In this document: one piece after another, positions 15,681 to 20,763 of the stretch
Layout: each line of letters starts with the position of its first letter
Position numbering within the stretch: position 1 is the first letter of the stretch
Assembly: GCA_009993045.1 (NCBI GenBank)
Contig: JAACUG010000044.1
Location: 1 to 20,763 of the forward strand
Source: Cyanobacteria bacterium CG_2015-22_32_23
GTDB lineage: Bacteria; Cyanobacteriota; Cyanobacteriia; Cyanobacteriales; Cyanobacteriaceae
Reading direction: 5' to 3'
Length of the DNA stretch: 20,763 bases
Position numbers and translations under genes: made by a program
Notes under the pieces: model-generated
The model's database searches: none
What the model was told of the DNA's origin: nothing
The model's input: only the letters and a program-made list of their open reading frames with translations

Positions 15681-18224
15681 ATGCGTATCTCTTTCCATTG
15701 GTTAAAAGAATTAGTTAACATCACCATTACTCCCGAAGAATTAGCGAAAACTCTTACTATCGCTGGTTTTGAAGTGGAAGACATGGAAGATAGAAGAAGT
15801 TGGGCTGATGGTGTCGTTGTGGGTAAGGTTATAGAGTGCGATCGCCATCCCAATGCTGATAAACTAAGTGTATGTCAAGTAGATATTGGTAAAGAAACTT
15901 TATCACAGATAGTTTGTGGTGCATCTAACGTCAAAAAAGATATATTTGTACCCGTTGCCACTTTAGGGAGTTATTTACCAAAAGTGGACTTAAAACTCAA
16001 ACCGACGAAGTTAAGAGGAGTTGACAGTCAAGGCATGATATGCTCATTAGCAGAGTTAGGTTTGGCGAAGGAAAGCGAAGGAATTAAAATCTTAGAAGGA
16101 GATTTCCAAGTAGGTGAGGATATTCGCCCGATTTTAGGCTTAGATGACGTTATTTTAGATGTAACCGCTACCGCAAACCGTGCCGATGCTTTAAGTATGG
16201 TGGGAATTGCGAGGGAAGTGGCAGCTTTAACGGGAAAAAGTGCTTGTCTTCCCCATGTTGAAGGAGAATTAACGGGAATTGAAACTGTTTCCTCCATTGC
16301 TAAAGAAGAATTAAAAGGAGTTGAAACGGCTTCCCCTCTTGCTAAGGAGGGATTGAGGGGGGTTAATATTCAAGACACTTCGGCTTGTACGGCTTATATT
16401 GGTATAATCATTGAAAATGTGAAAATAGCACCATCTCCTCAATGGTTACAATGGCGTTTAGAATCAGCAGGAGTGCGCCCGATAAATAATGTTGTGGATA
16501 TAACTAACTATATTCTCTTAGAATGGGGACAACCTTTACACGCTTTTGATAGAGAAAAACTGCAAAACATTGCACAAAGTCAAGATTTAACTATCGGAGT
16601 GCGTTTTGCCACCGAAAATGAAACATTAACCACTTTAGATGGGCAAAAACGAGACTTAAAAACACAAAATTTACTTATTACTGTCAATAATCAACCTATA
16701 GCCTTAGCTGGAGTTATGGGAGGTGAAGATAGCGAAGTAGATAACAATACTCAAAATATTTTACTTGAAGGAGCGTTATTTGAGCCAGTGCCTATTCGTA
16801 GAAGTGCCAAAAGTCAAGGTATTCGCACGGAAGCCTCTACTCGTTATGAAAGAGGAGTTAATCAAGTAGAATTAGAAAAAGCCTTAAATCGTGCTATTTT
16901 TTTGATTCAAGATTTAGCCCAAGGTAACGTTACCAATCAAGTTATCGCCGATAATCGCCCCGAAAAATTAACCAATACTATCGAATTAAGACTTAATCGT
17001 ATTCATCAAGTATTAGGTAAAGTAACCCTCCCTAACCCCCCCTTAAAAAGTGGGCAAATATCCCCTTCCGAAAGTGGAAAAAAAGCATTAGGAGATATTC
17101 CAAAAGAAGATGTAGAAAGAATTTTAACGGATTTAGGTTGTCAATTAGAAGTAAAAACCCAATCTCCTTTAGTTTGGCTTGTCACCGTGCCAAATTATCG
17201 CTATCGTGATTTAGAAAGAGAAATTGACTTAATTGAAGAAGTAGCGAGACTTTACGGTTATGATCATTTTATCGATACTTTACCTTCTCAATCCCAAGTA
17301 GGTTATTTATCCTCACAGGTGCAAATTCAACGACAAATCAGCGCCAATTTAAGAGGTTTAGGCTTAACAGAATTAGTGCAATATTCCTTAGTTTCCCCTG
17401 AAAAAGCACAAATAAAAATTGCTAATCCCTTATTTAGTGAATATTCTGCCCTTCGCAGTAACTTAATTGATGGTTTAATTAATGCCTTTGAATATAACCA
17501 AGCCCAAGGAAATGGCTATTTAAAAGGTTTTGAAATGGGACGAGTTTTTTGGCTAGAAAATGGTGAAAAGCGTGAAGGTGACGCTCTAGGGGGCATTATA
17601 GGCGGTAATTTATATAGCGATGGTATCTGGACTGTCGGCGGTAAACCACAACCCATAACATGGTATCAAGCCAAAGGTATTTTAGAGAGTTTATTTAACA
17701 ATTTAAAAGCACCAATTACCTATCAAGCCGATTCTGAAGATAATCGTTTACATCCAGGGCGTACTGCTAGTTTATGGTTAAATAAGACTAAAATTGGCAT
17801 TTTTGGACAAATTCACCCTCAATTACGACAAGAGAAAGATTTGCCTGATAGTGTTTATGTATTTGAGTTAAAACTAGAGCCTTTAATTGCTTATTTAAGT
17901 CAAAAATACTTAAAAACCCCTACTTTTAAACCTTATTCTAGCTATCCCTCTGTTGCTCGTGATTTAGCTTTCTTTGCCTCAAGTAATCTCACTGTAGCTG
18001 AAATTACCAACGCTATGCGCAAAGCTGGAGGTAAAACTTTAGTGGATGTCACATTATTTGACGAATATAAAGGGCAAAATGTGGAAGAAAATAAACGTAG
18101 TTTAGCCTTTAATTTGGTATATAAATCCCCTGATGGTACTCTTAAAGATAGCGATGTTGATCCTATTCATAACAAAATTCGAGATACTTTAACTAAACAA
18201 TTTGCGGTAGAGTTACGCAGTTAA
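15681..18224 (+). CDS. pheT: phenylalanine--tRNA ligase beta subunit
   Basis: 847 aa. Opens with [12 protein letters not shown]. Has a tRNA-binding domain ([26 protein letters not shown]), a B3/4 domain ([25 protein letters not shown]), a B5 domain and a C-terminal anticodon-binding-like FDEYKG motif. Confidence 0.95.
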   Translation: MRISFHWLKELVNITITPEELAKTLTIAGFEVEDMEDRRSWADGVVVGKVIECDRHPNADKLSVCQVDIGKETLSQIVCGASNVKKDIFVPVATLGSYLPKVDLKLKPTKLRGVDSQGMICSLAELGLAKESEGIKILEGDFQVGEDIRPILGLDDVILDVTATANRADALSMVGIAREVAALTGKSACLPHVEGELTGIETVSSIAKEELKGVETASPLAKEGLRGVNIQDTSACTAYIGIIIENVKIAPSPQWLQWRLESAGVRPINNVVDITNYILLEWGQPLHAFDREKLQNIAQSQDLTIGVRFATENETLTTLDGQKRDLKTQNLLITVNNQPIALAGVMGGEDSEVDNNTQNILLEGALFEPVPIRRSAKSQGIRTEASTRYERGVNQVELEKALNRAIFLIQDLAQGNVTNQVIADNRPEKLTNTIELRLNRIHQVLGKVTLPNPPLKSGQISPSESGKKALGDIPKEDVERILTDLGCQLEVKTQSPLVWLVTVPNYRYRDLEREIDLIEEVARLYGYDHFIDTLPSQSQVGYLSSQVQIQRQISANLRGLGLTELVQYSLVSPEKAQIKIANPLFSEYSALRSNLIDGLINAFEYNQAQGNGYLKGFEMGRVFWLENGEKREGDALGGIIGGNLYSDGIWTVGGKPQPITWYQAKGILESLFNNLKAPITYQADSEDNRLHPGRTASLWLNKTKIGIFGQIHPQLRQEKDLPDSVYVFELKLEPLIAYLSQKYLKTPTFKPYSSYPSVARDLAFFASSNLTVAEITNAMRKAGGKTLVDVTLFDEYKGQNVEENKRSLAFNLVYKSPDGTLKDSDVDPIHNKIRDTLTKQFAVELRS
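15838..15845. repeat. HIP1 octamer GCGATCGC
   Basis: Exact GCGATCGC inside pheT, encoding the CDRH of the tRNA-binding domain. Confidence 0.9.
16275..16358 (+). repeat. in-frame 2 x 42-bp imperfect tandem repeat inside pheT
   Basis: Copy 1 spans 16275-16316 and copy 2 spans 16317-16358. A hand alignment gives 30/42 identical positions. The copies encode [14 protein letters not shown] and [14 protein letters not shown]. Confidence 0.7.
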
Positions 18225-18233
18225 TTTAGTGAA

Positions 18234-18759
18234 CTACCCAACACTAAAATCAAAGATTGATGGTGTAGGACTTTTTTCTTTGAGTTTGTAGTCTAAGTAA
18301 TTGACAAAAGTTCCCCAACCAATATCAAATATAGCTTTTGCTAAACAGTGGTGTCAGACAGGGTAAGTCATAATACTGCTCGGTTAAGCCCCCCAGCCCC
18401 CAACTTTGGGGGAGTTAAACTTGGTAGAAGTCCCCTCCCCATTATTGGAAAAGGCGAACAAAATAACTTAAGCTACTAACCAAACAGTATTGGTGTACAT
18501 TCAATAATTAAGTGTCGCTATTTTACACGGTAGTGTCTTGATAAAATACTCGCTACAATCTTTATTATACATAGCTTAGAGTCTTTTTTGACTTTCTTTT
18601 TTTTTGTAAGGTTACATAATTAAACAACGCTTTTCTTGTATCAGTTTTAGTAATCCTTTGAAATATGCGGAATGTGGGTTTAAACACTATCTTTGGTGGT
18701 TTCTGGGTATTACTCACTCTAAATTTAGATTCTGTGGGTAAATAAATCTGTGAAGTGTT
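18234..18759 (-). pseudogene. decayed TnpB (IS200/IS605-family accessory protein) fragment
   Basis: Minus-strand translation of 18234-18353 gives HHCLAKAIFDIGWGTFVNYLDYKLKEK...*. This matches the conserved TnpB block (LAKxIxDxGWGxFxxxLxYK). Upstream frames show only weak, stop-interrupted similarity (LQKKRKSKK..., HLIIE). No intact ORF is present. Confidence 0.4.
18388..18440. repeat. GC-rich palindromic mini-element
   Basis: GCCCCCCAGCCCCCAACTTTGGGGGAGTTAAACTTGGTAGAAGTCCCCTCCCC. It contains the near-perfect palindrome CCCCCAA-CT-TTGGGGG (18397-18412) and a GGGGA...TCCCC pairing. It stands out strongly against the AT-rich flanks. Confidence 0.5.
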
Positions 18760-19608
18760 TTAATAAGCCATCACTTGCCAATCATCGCTACGGGTTAGAC
18801 GAATTTGAGCTAAAGTAAAAATTACAGGTATAATTCTTGTATAATTAGTGGCGATCGCTCTCCAACCTAAATCTGCAAGAAAATATCCCCATAATACAGG
18901 ACCTAAAAAAGTAAAGATACTTCTTACAGCAGTATATCGAGCGGTACTTATAGCCATACCTCGTTTAGCCATTTGTAGAGTAAAATGATTTTGCAATTGA
19001 GTAGCCGTAGCGATACTACCGTTAATAATAGTTGTTTTAGCAACTTGATAGGTAGCGAAATGTAATGCAAATTGTTGGGCAATTTTTTGTAGTAACCAAG
19101 GTTTTAAAATGGAACTTACAGCTACAACACTGCTACCCTGCAATAAAATTTTAACAGGATCATGTTGCAAACTTAAGGGCAAGGGTTCAGGATTTGTGGA
19201 ATCGGCTAGAGAAGAAATAACCTTACTTTTAAGAGATTGTTGTTGGGATGGCGGTAATTTATGCCATGCTTTTTGTAATAAATTTAAGAAAATTTCCCCC
19301 TCAATATCAATAGTGGTCATTTGTTGAGAGTAGGGTATTTTAAGATAACGACACACCTGAATCAAAATATTTCGATAAGAAACTCCATCAGTTTGACGAC
19401 GCAACACAGTAACACCATCAGCACCTAAAAAACGAAAACGCTTTTCAATGGAATCTAGCCACCTTTGCAAATCTTGACTTTGGACATCTAAAGGGTTTGG
19501 TGTGTGTAAATAATCAATGGGATTGAATTTTCGACAAAACAGAATTTGAGTAACTTGTTGCAATTCTTCTTCTGTGGCTAATTCTAACACAGCTCTTAAT
19601 TCATTCAA
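18760..19608 (-). CDS. conserved hypothetical protein (possibly YaaW/UPF0174-like)
   Basis: 282-aa ORF containing a HIP1 site. The N-terminal acidic helix (LELATEEELQQVTQIL) and the block SYRNILIQVCRYLKIPY...EGEIFLNLLQKAW resemble YaaW-type proteins as I remember them. The family call is tentative. Confidence 0.7.
   Translation of the reverse strand: MNELRAVLELATEEELQQVTQILFCRKFNPIDYLHTPNPLDVQSQDLQRWLDSIEKRFRFLGADGVTVLRRQTDGVSYRNILIQVCRYLKIPYSQQMTTIDIEGEIFLNLLQKAWHKLPPSQQQSLKSKVISSLADSTNPEPLPLSLQHDPVKILLQGSSVVAVSSILKPWLLQKIAQQFALHFATYQVAKTTIINGSIATATQLQNHFTLQMAKRGMAISTARYTAVRSIFTFLGPVLWGYFLADLGWRAIATNYTRIIPVIFTLAQIRLTRSDDWQVMAY
18851..18858. repeat. HIP1 octamer GCGATCGC
   Basis: Exact GCGATCGC. 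Confidence 0.9.
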
Positions 19609-19706
19609 AATATTTATTCCTCATCACACACAAATTAATTAACTGTTATTATTATAAGAATTTTTACTAGAAAAAAAAGTTAATTCAGCCTTTTAGTCTA
19701 ATTTTT

Positions 19707-19742
19707 CGGGAGTTCAATTGAACTTACTCCCAAACTTGGGGA
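19707..19742. repeat. GC-rich palindromic mini-element (related to 18388-18440)
   Basis: CGGGAGTTCAATTGAACTTACTCCCAAACTTGGGGA. It contains a perfect 14-bp palindrome AGTTCAATTGAACT (19711-19724), a GGGAGT/ACTCCC pairing and CCCAA-AC-TTGGG. The GGGAGTT..AACTT and CCCAAnnTTGGG blocks are shared with the 18388-18440 element. Confidence 0.4.
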
Positions 19743-19878
19743 TAAAGGAGACAAGTGCGTAAGTTTTATAATTATTTAACTATCTTACTAGCTTTGAGGT
19801 TAACTGGATCAGATTCACCCTTGTCCTATTATAATCAAAGAAATTGAGATGGATATTATTAGTAACCATAAAAAAATT

Positions 19879-20358
19879 ATGCCATTATTAACTACAGGAA
19901 AAAGTTTTATTCGAGATTTAGAAAAATCAAGCATTTTAGCTGTATATGCACCTCTTGAAGGGGGTTTTGAAGGACGTTATCAAAGAAGATTACGCACATC
20001 AGGTTATCATACTATTAATTTTTCGGCTAGGGGATTAGGTGATTTAAGTTCTTATTTAACAGGTATTCATGGAGTACGCCCTGCCCATTTAGGTAAAAAA
20101 AATATTGATCAAGAAGGTGCAGTCGGCCCTACTTATTTTATTCCTCCTATCGCCCTTTCTCAACTAGAAAATTTACCAGTTTCTTCTAAAGGTTTAGTGT
20201 TATGGATTATTGAAGGTTTTGTCCTTTCTAATCAAGAAAAAGAGTATTTAATTAGTTTAACAAAACAACAACCTAAAATTAAAGTAGTTTTAGAACTTGG
20301 TGGAGAGCGTTATTTCCGTTGGCAAACCTTACAATCTATACTAGATATAGCTGCTTAG
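19879..20358 (+). CDS. ndhN: NAD(P)H-quinone oxidoreductase (NDH-1) subunit N
   Basis: FIRDLEKSSILAVYAPLEGGFEGRYQRRLRTSGY...GLGDLSSYLTGIHGVRPAHLGKK is the conserved NdhN core. The tracked ORF starts at 19849. ATG 19879 (MPLLTTG...) gives the usual ~159-aa length. Confidence 0.85.
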   Translation: MPLLTTGKSFIRDLEKSSILAVYAPLEGGFEGRYQRRLRTSGYHTINFSARGLGDLSSYLTGIHGVRPAHLGKKNIDQEGAVGPTYFIPPIALSQLENLPVSSKGLVLWIIEGFVLSNQEKEYLISLTKQQPKIKVVLELGGERYFRWQTLQSILDIAA

Positions 20359-20460
20359 GTTTTAGATGGGGTAGAATAAATACTTTTTTTTATTAACTAT
20401 CTACCCTAAAATTTGTCAAAAAAATGTTATAATTAAAATGTTATATACCTAATTTTAGCT

Positions 20461-20763
20461 ATGGGTAATATAGATGATATTTTTGCTCAAATTGAAAATA
20501 AGTATCAAGAAAAACAGCAAGATAAAAATACTGTTAACAACACTATTAATATTTATTGTCAGCCAGTGATGAATAAAGAAAATAAAGATAATATAGACTC
20601 TTTCTTATCGGAGATAGAAAATACTAAACAATCTAAGAAACAAGAAAAAAAACATCCTGATTTATTAACAGATATTGAAGCTAAATTTCAGCAACAAAAA
20701 TCTACCACTGCAAAAAAAAGCGATACTTCACAGGATTTATTAACAGATATTCAAGCTAAATTT
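20461..20763 (+). CDS. hypothetical protein, 5' partial (runs off the window), K/Q/N-rich with a repeated short motif
   Basis: ATG at 20461 followed by 101 sense codons with no stop to the window edge. The ORF track does not report it because no stop codon lies within the window. A repeated motif is present: DDIFAQIENKY, DSFLSEIENTK, DLLTDIEAKF, DLLTDIQAKF. Confidence 0.5.
   Translation, partial: MGNIDDIFAQIENKYQEKQQDKNTVNNTINIYCQPVMNKENKDNIDSFLSEIENTKQSKKQEKKHPDLLTDIEAKFQQQKSTTAKKSDTSQDLLTDIQAKF

Noticed and set aside
15599-15853. 84-aa minus-strand ORF upstream of the HicB-like gene, considered as a possible HicA toxin
   Set aside because: Most of it is antisense to the highly conserved 5' end of pheT and crosses the pheT promoter region. 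The sequence has no HicA-like (dsRBD-fold, conserved His) features.
18225-18759. Possible tRNA, CRISPR or riboswitch in the long ORF-free gap
   Set aside because: I found no T-loop/acceptor pattern, no regularly spaced direct repeats and no recognisable riboswitch core. The best explanation is a decayed TnpB fragment plus a GC-rich mini-element.
19849-19878. ATG 19849 as the ndhN start
   Set aside because: The conserved NdhN sequence begins around MPLLTTG (ATG 19879). The extra 10 residues (MDIISNHKKI) are not part of the family core. Either start is possible, but the shorter one fits the usual length.
20369-20406. Hairpin GGGTAGA...TCTACCC after ndhN, considered as a terminator
   Set aside because: It is a 7-bp stem with a 24-nt AT-rich loop, and the T-run lies inside the loop rather than after the stem. 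The structure is real, but it is not a convincing intrinsic terminator.

Overview
This is an AT-rich cyanobacterial chromosomal window. Evidence for the origin: four HIP1 octamers (GCGATCGC), the NDH-1 subunit gene ndhN, a DevBC-type exporter and an SLH-domain protein. It probably comes from a unicellular Cyanobacterium/Geminocystis-like organism, but that is inference only. I support 19 protein-coding genes (one weak, one running off the 3' edge). Most are core housekeeping genes: prs, bioD, pheT, ndhN, a Hanks-type Ser/Thr kinase, and a large DHH-DHHA1/CBS/CCA-nucleotidyltransferase fusion protein. I saw no rRNA, tRNA, CRISPR array or intact mobile element. The only mobile-element trace is a decayed TnpB (IS200/IS605-type) fragment at 18234-18759. 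The most interesting locus is a minus-strand three-gene module at 6866-9527. It encodes a MotA/TolQ/ExbB-family channel protein with an unusual ~250-aa C-terminal coiled-coil-like tail, followed by two divergent single-pass ExbD/TolR-like paralogs. Only one of the two paralogs keeps the canonical transmembrane Asp. No TonB, TolA, TonB-dependent receptor or peptidoglycan-binding partner is present in the window. A TetR regulator lies directly upstream on the same strand. It is divergently paired with a devB-devC exporter operon that lacks the expected devA ATPase gene. The exporter promoter overlaps a 22-bp palindromic candidate operator. Smaller observations: an in-frame 42-bp tandem duplication and further GC-rich patches inside pheT; GC-rich palindromic mini-elements in two intergenic regions; an orphan HicB-like antitoxin; and a repeat-motif protein at the 3' edge. 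All family assignments rest on motif reading by eye. No database search was possible.
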